This document shows positions 22,277 through 35,879 of a DNA stretch of 64,000 bases, piece by piece (position 1 is the stretch's first letter; each line of letters starts with the position of its first letter). The notes under the pieces were generated by a model, which saw nothing but the letters and a program-made list of their open reading frames with translations, was not told the origin of the DNA and ran no database searches. A program made the position numbers and the translations under genes. This DNA comes from Somniosus microcephalus. Its lineage: Eukaryota. The stretch covers positions 89,838,001-89,902,000 of the forward strand of contig CM126212.1 of NCBI GenBank assembly GCA_052327205.1. The letters are read 5' to 3'.

Positions 22277-25200
22277 CTGAAAATGGAACAAGATGGCATG
22301 TTAGTACACTGATCTTTGTGTTCCAAAGTCTAAGATCACCATGGCAACAAACCAGTGAGACACTGTAGGAGCGACTTGGAGGAACTCTCATTTCCAAATA
22401 GGTGTGATTTAAGTGTAGTTTAAACCCAGGCAGTGGCAGTACACATATCAACTCAATAGGGAGTCCTGAAACAGAGGCGATGATGTAGCTACCATCAGAC
22501 ACATGTATTCACCCAGTGATTCATTGACTACCTGCCGACACGTAACCAAACAAGCCGGATGGCATGCAAACAAATAAATCACCAACTAATAAGGATGTTA
22601 GGACAGACTATCCTGGCCACAGCCTGTTCATTTCACCCAGTCTCAATTGGGTACTTCTACACAGGACCGAACTATTCTAAAACTTGACATTACAGTCCCT
22701 CAGAAGCAGGACACCATACTCATGGCAAGTCTGCCCTGTTGCAGTGAGGTTTCACAGTAGGGCTCCTTTAAAAAAGTATTCAGGTGCAAGGTCACACAAC
22801 CTGGCAGTTCAATTGTTGACAGGACAACACGTTCAACATTACACATCTAAACAAAGCCAGCCCCGTGAAATCAGCTCATATCACACCAGGTTGATACTCA
22901 GAGCTCTGGTCTACCAGTAATCCATCAGGTAGAACATGCCAAAAATCATTCCCCAGATGCCACCTTACAACCAATAGCCACCCAGCTTTGGGTCATTGCT
23001 GCCTTGAATGACAGCCAGGATTTGGGACTCTGCTGTCTACCTTCCTCATCAGCATACACTGCAGCTATGGCAACAGAGTAATTCTCCATCCCACCAATCA
23101 AACACCTCCCTTCCCACCAGGTACCACTGCATGAGGATTAGCTGCATCACAATCCCAGCATTACACTAATACCCAGCTGGGGTACTGCTAGCACAAGGTA
23201 GAGAGCTGGTCTCCTTTACTCTTTACAAGCTCATGATGTCCTGCATTATGGGCCTTGGCCTTTAATTTAAGTTCAGTAAATTTTTTTTTTTTTTTTTTTT
23301 TTTAAATAAATTAACAGGACAATACTTGCTCATCATCCCCTACCAATAAGTTCTCCTTCCAATTTAATGTGACCATTTCCAAGGGTTTATTTCTGACCAG
23401 ATCTCCGTACTCTCGAGTGCTTCAATATCCTGACAGCCAGTGGTCCAAAGCACCTCTTGCCACAATACTGGTCAGGGAGGATATTGTGGAGTTGATGGGG
23501 GAGAGCATTGAGGAAACAATTAGTCTCGGGTTCACTGAAATCCATCCCAAGTCTGCACCTTGTAATACCGCAATAGAAAACGGTAGCCAACAAAAAAAAT
23601 CTACTTTACATTTTGAATTCCCAGCCGCATTTAAAACCAAATCAAACTGATCAGAAACCTTTTGGAGTGGATCTTTTCCACAATGTTGACGATGTCGCAG
23701 GGTATAATTAGAACAGACCTTTCATTTCCTCTTGCTACATTGAAACACTGCAACCCTTTGTTATATAGGTTTAAAAGTCAGTGGATGAGACAGGTTAAAT
23801 AGCACCACGCACGCAGCAATTTTCTCCCTGCCTCTCCCAACAGCACCAACTCTCCCTGGCCTCGGGTTCCACAGGCACCTTGCTCAAGTGGCCATTCACC
23901 AGGAGATCTCAAATACCACAGCCAAGTCTGATCCTGTCTTCAGCCATAACCCCACACAGGCCGCTTTAAGCAAGAACCCACTGGAACATTCCCCCTCCCT
24001 AATCTAGCGGGGTGGGGGAATCCGCACACTCTGCACAGACTAGGGTCTACAGCGCAGAGTCACAGCAATATTTCAGTATGGAGACTGGAGCTATTACATG
24101 GTTACAAGAGACATGTGAAGCTTAATGCCTGGGTTCAAAATGCTGATTTGACCATTAAGCAGTATGAAATTTCACACTGAAACCTGATGGCCTTAGCAAG
24201 GAGCTCATGTGCAGCTAGCCCAAAGACAGTACAATGAACCAGAGGCAGCTTAATATCAGCACTGGAACAGGGAGACAATCCCCTGAACTGTCTGTAGCAC
24301 ACTCAATCAATACAAGTGCCACCCCTTTACGAGTTCAGTCACAATTCCTTTCTCCCCATGTTACGTTGAATCTCACACACACACACTTGCACACCGTGAT
24401 CTGCATCGCTGAGCGAGCTGTTGGCCAGACGCTGTACATGAAATTACTGGTTTGATTACAGCTGATTAATTTATATCTCGCCCAGTTGAATAGCACACTG
24501 CCAGATACAGGTTTTGCCAAGTACTATCCTACCAGGGATTTTGACCAGTTTCACCAAGCACTAATCGGTCTTATTATATTGCTTTCATTTTACCCAAGCC
24601 CATCAAGCAGGTCATCTCCACCTTCTGCACCCGCCCCCCCTCCCATTCACAGTCATTGTCAAACAGCCACAAATCAGTACATAGACAGTAGAGATGGGTT
24701 CAGTTTGGCAGGGTCTTTTAGAAATACAATGAAAAGCCTGGATTGGAGCATGTTTCGTATGTTCCCATTATGTTCCTGGGTAGGATACAAATCCAAGCCG
24801 GATCCTAAAATTTCAGTCAAATGCAAGTAAACTGCGGCACCCTCCCAGCCTGGAGCGTAGACCGTACAGATCGTTACAAGGGCAATGGATTTCTGCTCCA
24901 AGCAGGTCTGTGCTGACCGAACCAAAAACCAATGCCTGGACACGCTCCCCAGTGTTTGCAGTGTGCTTAATCTTCCTCCCATGAAATGATGAGCATTCAA
25001 ACAGTTCACTTCCAATGACCTAATGTGGTTAATTTTCAACCAAAGTAATTATTACAATCAGAAAATTGACAAAGACTAAAACTGCCTGAAAAACAAATTC
25101 ATGAAATTCCACAATATCCCAGCTGAGGTGCTCCACTCTCAGACTACCCAGTCAGGCAAAGCCAGTGTTAGCACTAGGATTTCAGCAAAGCACAATAGTC

Positions 25201-27004
25201 GCTGTGTGAACTTACAGTACTACGTGCACAAGAACGGTAAAAACATCCAGTAATACAATGAGATATTCTGTGTCCAAACTTGGGTTGAATCTATGGAGTG
25301 TGTTTTAAGCTGTGTCATATTTGGGCATGGTACAGATGGGAAGTAGCGACAAATCCCAGCCTCCCTCCCACTATAGCCCTGAATCGCAACTCTCCCCCAT
25401 TCCCCCCTCCCTCCACCCATGTCCCAACTTACATCTAAGACTCACCCTTCAAACCTATTCCCACCAAACTGTTGACTACTCAACTACCCTTCCTGGCCCC
25501 TATGCTAGCCGACATTATAAATGGCTCACTCTCCTCAGGCACTGTCCACCTCACTCTCAAAACTGCCATCATTCCTCTCTCTAAATAACCTACCCTTGAC
25601 TTCTCTATCCTCACCAACTACTAACTCATCTCAACCTCCCTTCCCTCTCAAGTCCTTGAACATGGTGTCGCCTCCCAGATCTGTGCCCATATTAGTTCCC
25701 TCATAAAAGATGCATTACTTCTATAGCAGAAGCCTGGCTGGATGTGGGGAAAAGTTCAACAAACAGGACTGAACAGCAGAGAAACAAGCATGAAAGTTAA
25801 AAACAAACTGGAGTGGAACCTCAAAACAGGAAAAAGGAAGGCAAGCTCCACAACTGTTTCCTAGATTCTAAGTTGGATACTAACAGTTGGAAAATATTAA
25901 GCCTTTGTGGCCTTCGACTACAACATTGGATGAAGGTTTGTGGGGTGCTCAAGTGTTTTTTCTCTTTGGCACTTGTCATTATGAGGAGGCTGGGTTTTTA
26001 ATGTGAATCACCGTCCAGCCACACAGTTCAGTCAGCCCCTGCCCAAACCCAACACCACATCAGGAAGTCCAAAACTACTGACTATCTGGTGTTAAATCCA
26101 CTCAGTTTAAACAAGAACTAAAGCCCAGGAAGCAGTTGCATGAAATATTAGGATCACTGCTCTGGGCACCGAGTTCAGAGTGAGAGGGTAGTTCTGAGGA
26201 TGTCTGCAGCGAGAGAATGAGAACACCCTGATCAGAGAAGAACATGGCACGAGTTTGAACTTGGCCACGACCATTATCCACATGGAAATTTAGTAATGCT
26301 TGGATGGGCAGCTTCTGAACTCAACATAACCTCCCCATCTCCCAGTGAACTGAGGTACCGTCACACACAATCTCACTCCACCTCCTGTTAAACGGAGATC
26401 AGGCCATGAAGATTAGCACATCCTCCAATCCTGTACATCCCGACCAAGGCCCTGATTTTGTGCAATATTCTGGTGCACATTACTTGTGTAAATCTTTGGA
26501 CATTTTTACAGTTTAATTTGTTTCTATCTTATTCAGGGACACAGGTCACATGATTAGGGCACAAGTCCAATTGACATAAACAAAGTGTAATCCCACAGTC
26601 TGCTGCCACTCAAGCTTTGTTCTTGTAGTTACATCATCTGAAGCACTGGTTGTGTTACAACATTGTGCCTCCACCCAGCTACCAGATACCTTCTGTCCTG
26701 ATCCTGGAGACAGGCCTTCTCTTCAAACTTGTGGTTTTTACTGCAAGAGGATGAAGCATCAGGTTTATGAACTAGTTTCAGGAAGGTTCGACAGTACCTC
26801 CAAGTTGAGCTGCATTTTATGTTGTTTTGGTCCACTCAGGCATGACCTCCCTTTTGGGCTTTAGCCAAGACCAAAATCCACCACACGCACAGGAACCACC
26901 AGCGAGCACCGTGGGGGGGGGGGGGGGGGTGGGTGGGAGGGAAGACATGGAGGCACACAGAGGATAGGAGGCAAAGAGCAGAACATGAGGGGGCAGTGAG
27001 CAAC

Positions 27005-27120
27005 CGAGGTTGCATTTATATAACACCTTTCACGACACCTCAGGATGTCCTGCAGCACTTTTGAAGTGTAGTCACTGTTGTAATGTAGGATTGCACCAGC
27101 AACAAACTCCCAAAAACAGC
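27005..27120 (-). mobile_element. Deu-type SINE 3' fragment
   Basis: TTGCATTTATATAACACCTTTCACGAC...TTTGAAGTGTAGTCACTGTTGTAATGTAGG is the reverse complement of the family tail. Confidence 0.7.
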
Positions 27121-30100
27121 AAGGTGGCAACAAAACAAGGAAGGAACCATAAAAAATACAAGCCGAGAATGGGGGCAGAAAGAGGATGCATAGTGGGGTA
27201 CTGAAACTGCTGCACCCACCTAACCAAGGGGGGGGGGGGGTTAGTGAAAAGGCAGAGTGGGGGCAGAGATTCACATAGCTGTCAGTTAGTTATCTGATTT
27301 CCTGTAAGTAGTGTCACAAGACATTAATTTATATCTTAAAACAAAAGGACTTGGATATTTGAATTTAGGTTCTTGAATAGGTAAATGGAGTACAAAAGGT
27401 GATTGTCACACGGGATATCAATACATGAAACGGTGCTTCAGACAATATATTGGGATGGGGGTATGGAACAGGGTTTCGGGAGCAGGGGTATGGAACAGGG
27501 TTTCGGGTGCTCTGGAAAAAGGAGACAATTACAGAAAGCCCAATCCAGGCCTACACCATAATTTTCTTAATTCACAATCAGTGCAATGCCTCTGTCATCG
27601 CGGATTTCACACTCTAAGCTGACTCCTCGCAGAACTGAAACTATTATAGATGCAGTGAGCTGGCACACAGATGCCATGCTCCCCGATCCAAAGTAAGCCA
27701 GCAATTGGAAAACTGTCAGCGGGAACATTGATGTGTCACAGCACAAAAGGTGATCACTGCTACAGCAGAGTGAAGGGCAGAGATTTCAGAAATAAACCTT
27801 CTCCAATCAATTCAAGAAGAGTCGAGTCATAATCTTATTCCAACAGTGCAGCATTCGCACATTTACTGCAACACTGGGCAGCAGTATTCAGTGACCCAGA
27901 CCTCCACCCCCACTGTCTTACATGCTTTCCATTCCACCACAGCTCACTCTTCGCTACCTTCCTTCAAAATGCTCTCCCTGCAATTTCTCCACGCTGGGTA
28001 ATACATGCTGGATGTCATTCCACCGTGCCAGCGCTTCACTCAAGCAGCTATCCTTCATACACCAGCCTAGGGGGTTCAACCATGAATCGAGTCCAATTCC
28101 ATCCTCATTAACATCCAAGTGTGCCCTTCAAAAGGTCACTGGATAGCGAGCAAGAACCTAGCTCAATTTATTTTTCTTCTCTCCAAGCCCAAAGTCATGG
28201 AGGTCAATTGCAGCAACTCTACCAGCACCCCAACCGAGATCGACAAAGAGCAGAGTTAATGGACTGGAACCCAGGCCTTTAGCTCAGCACCACATATGGT
28301 GCTCCATTCACTAGCAGACGTTAGGAGAACCAAACCATTCTTACTTCATTGCTTGAAAATGCTTTAATGCACTCCCAACATATGGGAGTGTGAAAACGCC
28401 AACAATCACGGATGGTCCCAAAGTCACACACAGTCTAAGAATGAGCAGGCGGGGGCAGGCATCCTCCTGAAACCAGTGGTCCCAGTGAAACAGCACATGC
28501 ATCAGTTTAGCAAAAACAAGGAGGAGTCTATGGGACTGTCAGGGCAGATTTGACACCAGCACAATCCACACGCCGTATCAAACCAACAGTGCAAAGGCTA
28601 GTCCTCCCATTCCCTATAGAAACTGGTTAGATGGGAAGCACAAACAAGGATCAATAACCAGTCAACCTCGGGATTGGTCACAAGACGTGACACCACTGAC
28701 CGAGAAATCTCTACATGAGGCCTTTCACCTTAAGGACAAGAAGTCCTTTGAATCACCTGAGCTCGACCTACAGCAAGCGAGCTAAAAATACCTGCCGACA
28801 AAAAACAGGTCAGCATCGAGTAGCACAATCTGTACATAAACACCTTGTTTTATACACTACCTACAACAAACCGCTCTTATGAAGTAGTTGAAGATTTCAT
28901 ATTTCTCAGCACACTGCACACCAGATTGTGGATAAAAACCCGAAGAAACATTAAAACTAAACCAGGATCACAGGACATCAGTGCTGCCAGGTCCTATGGT
29001 TACCTTTCCTTGACGTCCTCAGTAGAAACACGCACGGTTAAAGTACTGCAATTTAACCTCAGCTTCCCAATGTTGATTCCACCTTTGCGAGTTAAGTCCA
29101 AAGTTCAAGCAGAATGCTGAGACTTGTAATTCCTCTGCACACACCCAATCAGCACTATGTTTAGAGGGAGGTTCTAACCGGTCACTCGAGTCTCATCGGC
29201 CTAAGCCAGGACCAGTTACTTCCATTCACAGGCAGCCGTGTACATGGGCAGCAACAAGGAGTGGGCATTCATGCCAACACAGCCCAGCCCATTCCACACA
29301 CTTAAAACTGCCTCTATCAAAACAGCACCAAGTACTTCAACTGGATGAGGGTGCAGGTGCTGAACAGACATTTATACGACAATTTTGCCAACTGCAGGGG
29401 CACTAGTCAGTTTTATCCACACACAATACTGAATATACAGAGTGAAGATACAATTAGAATCCTGCAAAGGTAGTCGGGCTTCCATCAATGAACAAAAATG
29501 TCAGACCTCAATTTTCTGCCCTGGTCTCCAGCCTGCACCTTCTCTGCCCTGGTCTAGGAAAGTGATCACACACAGGGCAGAAGCCATGGAGAGAAGGAAT
29601 GCAATGAAAGGTAGAATCTCTTCAAACTGAAGTTTAAAACCAAACTGTCTCGTGCTTGTTTTTATAAAACAATTGGAGTTTCCTACATCAGCTTTTTACT
29701 GCTATTCAAATGTTATATAAATCAGTATAAGCAATCAACCGCAGTCTCTCCAATTGTGTGACTGAACTCCTGCAAGCTATAATTATGCAGTACAGGAGTA
29801 CATAACTGGTTGTTTAAAAACAATAAAAATACTTCTACGCAGAGGAAACCGTAACTAATGGCACACTCAGGAGCACAACAGTAGGACACAAGTCCTCCAC
29901 ACCTAAAGACCAGCAGCTCTTAAACACTGCAACAGCCATAGGCTGGGCCACTGGTTTGCCGGGGGAGGGTGGTGGGGGGAGAAAGGGAGTGAAATCAGTG
30001 AAATGTGGTCCGCAAAAGAGTGGGAAAAATCCCTTTTAACAATGGAATTCGACTTATTCCCATCACTGTACGTCAGAGCTCCTATCATACACTAGTCCCG

Positions 30101-31084
30101 TACCAGATGAACTGGATTCTCCTCCACTCGCACTCAATTGTGATGAACTTCTTCCAACTGTGGTGCCAGTCCCCTCACATGGGGTACCGTACCACCCAAC
30201 ACAAACGTCAATGCATCTGTGAGGCAGCAGTGTACATACACACTAGAAGCATGTCCAAAACTACTCCTGCCTGGATAAGTACAACCCCATTCAACCAGTG
30301 CCTTAGACAGTAAGTAGCAGTCACCATGCAATGAATCAAGAACCGCCAACAGCTGACCAACCTGTGAAATACAGTGCAGGCAGACCTTCCTGTAGCAGTG
30401 TCTCAAAGCGTACTGAGCAAAGGGACGGTGGCAATGGAATTTTTCAATACTTCTATATTAAGGAAGTCCCTTTTACATTCCTGTGACAACAATTGGTGTA
30501 ATATGGAGAACAGGAAGATAAGGGGAGCTTCCTTCAAACAGAAAATACTGAAATTCCCAACAAACAGCTTAATGTCAACACCAAAGATTTCAACATCATG
30601 TAAGGCAACGCAAAACCCATACTTTTAAATACTAAAAATAATGTGCCGAGTAATCCTGTGCAGTATTCTAGTCACAGACATCTTCCTCCATCTAAGATTT
30701 TACACTGCTGATTAAAATATTTAGCAGTCTTTGAGACATGCTCAAAATACACAACTCATTTCAGTCCAAAAATTAATCCTGGGAGATCTATACCAGAGTT
30801 CAGTAACCAATCACACACTGAACAGACTTTTCATGAAGTATCTAAATATTGGTGTCCAACCTGAATTGCAAGTGTCCCCTTCAGTGATGTGTTGACAAAA
30901 ACTGAGTACAGTATTCTTGGAGTACATTGCCTCGTGTATCAAAGCCTGAGCATAACCATTCCAGACCAACATTCACCTGCACTGTACTGCCTGAAATTTT
31001 AAAGTAACATGCGCATTGCTACTCACAGGTCACTGTTCCCGTGCTGACTGAAAACCTAAGCATCCAATTGTGTCAAGGCTCGTC

Positions 31085-31357
31085 CGCCGCAAAGGAGGAC
31101 AAAAACAGCCGGTGCATGGGAATACCATCACCTCCAAGTCAACATACCAGCCCGACTTGGACAAATATCGCCGTTCCTTCATCATCGCTGGGTCAAAATC
31201 TTGGAACTCCCTCCCTAACAGCACTGTGGGAGTACCTTCACCACACGAACTGCAGCGGTTCGCGAAAAAGGCCCACCACCACCTTCAAGGGCAATTAGGG
31301 ATGGATGGGCAATAAAAGTTGGTCTTCCCAGCGACACCCACATCCCCAGACTGAAAA
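31085..31357 (+). mobile_element. 3' end of the tRNA-headed LINE family
   Basis: GSKSWNSLPNSTVGVPSPHELQRF...HHHLQGQLGM followed by GGGCAATAAA...CAGCGACACCCACATCCC. Confidence 0.85.
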
Positions 31358-33703
31358 ATTGTATGTTTATGCCCACATTTTTTTTTTTAGCCTATATGCA
31401 ATATTTCACAATTCTCAGTTAGCCCACTGAACTGCAAAAACCATCAAATTGGCAAATCTTATGCTGGATCCTCTGCTCTTGTTTCTACATTTCCTGAAAA
31501 TTATCAGCTTTCAGTTGATTTCAGTATCTAGGCCACTTATGTAAACAAGAAAGTTTAGAGGTGCAAGCAAACACACTCCATATCTGTACATGCACCACAC
31601 CACAGCACAACCAGTACAAGACCTCCCTTAGAACCATGTAGAGTCAACTGCTCACACACATCCACTCTCTCCAAGTACCTGGCATCACCTCTAGAAATGG
31701 AAAAATACCTTGCACATTACTAGCGAGATGGCCAATCTAAATGCTCTGAGCACTTGTTCTTGGGTTTATTGGAAATGTTAAGGTTTCCGTTTCTCCAGTG
31801 TATTTGAATCTCTCTACATCAGTTCAACAGAGGTTGTTGAACTGTACCGAAATATGCAAAGCAGGACTGACACCAGCCAACATCACATTCCCATTGCAAC
31901 ATGCAAAATATAACAAACAAGTCGCAACTCAAATACAAGATCCATCGCCAGTCACATTACAGCGGTGAAGGACAAGATACCACCCGCCCTACTACCTTAA
32001 AAAAAAAAATTCTTCATTTGGTATCAGCTGAAACCATTAAATACAGCCCTTGCAGATGTCTCTATTTTCTTTCCACAACTCATTTGATCAGGAAATCCAA
32101 ACTCACCCAAACACTTCGCATTGACTCACTCCCTCTCTTCCCCTCTCCCCTCAATGCACATGCTTAATTTTCAGTGTAAGCAGTGCTGGCCACATGAATC
32201 CCAAAAGATGCAGCCACTAGCTGGGTTGCAAGTTAATGGAGGAGCATTCCCATCTACAGTTTCCCCTCACTTGAATATTTCATCGAGTATCGAAAATCAA
32301 CTGCGTGTTATGTGACTTTAACCCATCAGAAAGGCACTTCCTGGTTATGTGAGCAGCCTCTATTTTAACATGCCATCATCACACCGAAACTAGTGAGAAT
32401 AATCTGACCACATTTAATTGTTCGACACCACCCACTAAGTAAACTAGACAGCCCTTTCAGCAGAGTACAGACTTAGTGCTGGGGTGTTCTGTACAAGTTA
32501 GACCAAAAATTTAGGCAACTTTTCAGTCAACTGAAATGTGATCACTGCAATATAGATGAGCATAGCTCAGAAAAGACCGACAAGACCATGCTGGAGTTTG
32601 TTACTGAAGCTCAACTTGGAACTAAAACACCCGCTTCTCTCCCCAGCCATAGGAACAAATGCGCACACATACAAACATGCACGCATGTGGTACAAAGCAA
32701 GCAGAGGCAACAGCAACACTGTTAAGCACAAGTCCTTTCCTGTTGTGACAAAGGGCCTATCTGACACTTGCTTTACACCTCCAGCATCTTCTCTTTCTGG
32801 TTCTGTAGTTCTTTCCACGTTTCTTTTCAGCTAGTAACCAATTTATACAACTGCAAAACGAACAGCTGATTCATCACTGTGAATTGCATTGAGAAACACC
32901 ATGGTATTGCTTTGGGTCGAATATCACCGTAACACAGGCACCTCTGGGGATTAGGTCTCTCCAAAGGTTTGCAAAACAATTTTCCATACAACCAGCACCA
33001 TTCAACACTGCATTTTGGTGGAGATAAATACTGACAGCAGCAAGCACATAGAAGAGGTGAGATATACATATATATAAAAATAGTCAATGTCAACAGGACT
33101 CTCATTAATGCATTCTGAAACACAAACTGTGCAGGTGTTTTAAATTCAACACAGTTTACCTGGACAGAGGTTGGATCACTCCCAAAATCTATATAAAATT
33201 GTTACATCGCATGTCAATGACAAGATAATTACGGCTGAGGAAGGCCATTTGGTCCATCTTCATTCAACTATCCACTGATTCTACAGCTCCCTCACTGCAT
33301 CAGCCAGTTGTAAATGATTCCAGGCATTCCGCCACCATGACTCTATTCAAGAGTCGATTCTGTATATTGATCACTGAAGAAAACGACTCAATGTTTACTA
33401 GCTTGAAGCTGTGACCTCTTGTATTACTCCTGCAATTTAACTTCCTCTACTGGATCTACCTTTTCCACACCACTGACTAGCTTATATGCCCCCCACAAGA
33501 TCACCACCCAGATGCCTCCTTGTAAGGCTGAAAGGCCCAAGTCTCTCCAGTGTCTATTCCAAATTGATCGCCCCCATCACCAATAGCAATATGGACACAA
33601 GCCAGCATTCCCTGCAAACCAAACCACAGCTGCACCCGCTCCTCCTCACTCCCCTTTCCTAGGTCATGTTGAGAAGAACACAGCACTTCATGCATATGAA
33701 AAA

Positions 33704-34074
33704 GGGGTATGGTAGTGTAGTGGTTATGTTACTGGATTAATAATCCAGAGAACACAAGTTCAAATCCCATAGTTTGAGAATTTGAGATTCTGGAAATAAA
33801 AAGCTGGCATCAGTAAAAGTGACCATGAGGCTGTTGGATTGTCATAAACAACTGGTTCACCAATATTGTTTAGGGAAGGAAACACGCCGCCTTTACCTGA
33901 TCTGGCCTACACATGACTCTCGTCCCATACTAATGTGGTTGACCTTCAACGGCCCTCCAAAGCAGCCTAGCAAGCCACTCAGTTGTATAAAACAGCTATC
34001 AGGGCGACGCGGGATGGGCAATAAATGCTGGCCTTGCCAGCGACGCCCACATCCTGAGAATTAATTTAAATAAA
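33704..34074 (+). mobile_element. Complete tRNA-headed SINE made of the LINE 5' end plus the LINE 3' end
   Basis: A box TAGTGTAGTGG (33713-33723), B box GTTCAAATCC (33758-33767), shared body, then GGGATGGGCAATAAATGCTGGCCTTGCCAGCGACGCCCACATCC and an A-rich tail. Confidence 0.88.
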
Positions 34075-34535
34075 GCAACTGCACCAGCGTAACCGATTGC
34101 TCACGTTATCAGAGAATCTCAAATCATTCGCGTGAATTGCAATACGGAGGTTGACACCAAGTCTCAGTGTGAGCTGATTAAGTGTAGCTGTCCTGTTCTA
34201 CTGCAGATTCCCTAGTGTGGAACCCAGGCTCAGGCTTCTTCTGCCTGTTTACAGGCTTAGTGTAGAGGCCAAACAAGCTGCCCAATTGTCTGACCTGCAA
34301 ATTCTAAAGCCACGAAAAGCTCTTCACTTCCAGTTCAATATTTATGCGGCAAGACAACACCAAGATAAAAAATGGGGGAAATATTTCCTACTTTTATCTT
34401 GAATATTTTGGTTTTACAAGGAATCAGCTGTACTTGTGGTAGGAACAGGCTTGTTGCGAGAGGCAACAGGAAACAGCGGTTCGTGAAAGGAGAGAATAAA
34501 GCAAAAAGATACAGTAGGTGAAAGTTTGTGTGTGT

Positions 34536-35515
34536 TACATAGAAACATAGAAGATAGGAGCAGAAGGCGGCCATTCGGCCCCTTGAGCCTGCTCCGCCAT
34601 TCGATGAGATCATGGCTGATCATCCAAACTCAGTACCCCGTACCTGCCTTCTCCCCATATTCCTTGATGCCTTTAGCTCTAAGAAATACATCTAACTGTA
34701 GCCCTGCAGCGGGTAGTCAAAACTGCCCAACGCATTACCGGCACCCGGCTACCGACCATAGAGCACATATACCAGAAACGCTGTCTACGGAGGTCACGGT
34801 CCATCAAAGACCCTACCCACCCCAGCCACAGTCTGTTCGCCCTCCTGCCATCTGGGAGACGCTACAGATGCATTCGCACCCGTACGACCAGATTTAGGAA
34901 CAGCTTCTTTCCCAGGGCTGTCATCCTACTGAACTCCACAAATAAACTCTAAAGCCTGCACATCTGCCAATGCACTTTATTATGGTTATGTTTATGTTAA
35001 TGTATTACAAGCCAAATGTATGCTGAATGTTTAAATGTCTTAATCTAAATGTACACTCTCGGGAGCCGCAAGCCTACATTTCGTTGTACTGCACTTGTGC
35101 ACTAACAATGACAACAAAAGTTGATTTGATTTGATTTGATTTGATTTGATAACTCCTTCTTGAATATATTTAAAGACTTGGCCTCAACCGCCTTCTGTGG
35201 CAGAGAATTCCACAGGTTCACCACACTCTGGGTGAAGAAATTCTTCCTCATCTCTGTCCTAAATGGCTTACCCCTTATCCTTAGACTATGACCCCTGGTT
35301 CTGGACTCTCCGACCATCGGGAACATCCTTCCTGCATCTAGTTTGTCCACACCTGTCAGAATTTTATAAGTTTCGATGAGATCCCCTCTCATTCTTCTAA
35401 ACTCCAGCGAGTATAATCCCAATCGACCCAATCTCTCCTCATACGTCATTCCTGCCATCCCAGGGATCAGCCTTGTGAATCTTCGCTGAACTCCCTCCAT
35501 GGCAAGAACATCCTT
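34536..35515 (-). mobile_element. CR1 LINE 3' fragment interrupted by Rex1
   Basis: KDVLAMEGVQRRFTRLIPGM...GLYSLEFRRMRGDLIETYKIL; the tail ACATAGAAACATAGAA lies at the left end. Confidence 0.93.
34698..35149 (+). mobile_element. Rex1/Babar LINE 3' end with (TTTGA)n tail and TSD TAACT
   Basis: Open frame ALQRVVKTAQRITGTRLPTIEHIYQKRCLRRSRSIKDPTHPSHSLFALLPSGRRYRCIRTRTTRFRNSFFPRAVILLN. TAACT occurs at 34693-34697 and 35150-35154. Confidence 0.9.
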
Positions 35516-35879
35516 GAAGATTGCACAATCTGTTCTCACAATGCAGGAACTCTCGTCTAGTGTAATCACAAACTTTGAGGCCTATCCCAAGGAAGTAGGA
35601 CCAAGGGAACGTTGTGACCAGTGTCCATTTGCGATAGTTTTAAAAAGCATAGCCTCTGCTGTCTGTGCGCAAAGCACAGCTACTTGTAATCTATATCTCC
35701 CCCGCCTCACCACTGTCAAGCAGGTGGGCATTGGCAGGGGCTGAGAGCAGGGTATGGTATAACCAGTGGGAAGAAAGAAGAATTCACAGGCGAAGCCCAG
35801 CAGAGGATACTTCAGGCCTAAATACTATACCCAGGATTTTTATTCATGAGCTATACTGCCTGGGGCAAAGAAAACTAGA

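Noticed and set aside
23325-23560. Possible alternative first exon MVTLNWKENLLVGDDEQ in frame with exon 4
   Set aside because: The donor CAA|gtattg is weak and there is no homology or promoter evidence.
27458-27507. Short tandem duplications (also at about 37246-37320 and 52193-52223)
   Set aside because: They are ordinary two-copy slippage products with no sign of function.
28100-28330. Ancient LF-SINE-like remnants (also at about 23800-24060 and 53300-53500)
   Set aside because: They are too degraded to assign a family or boundaries by eye.
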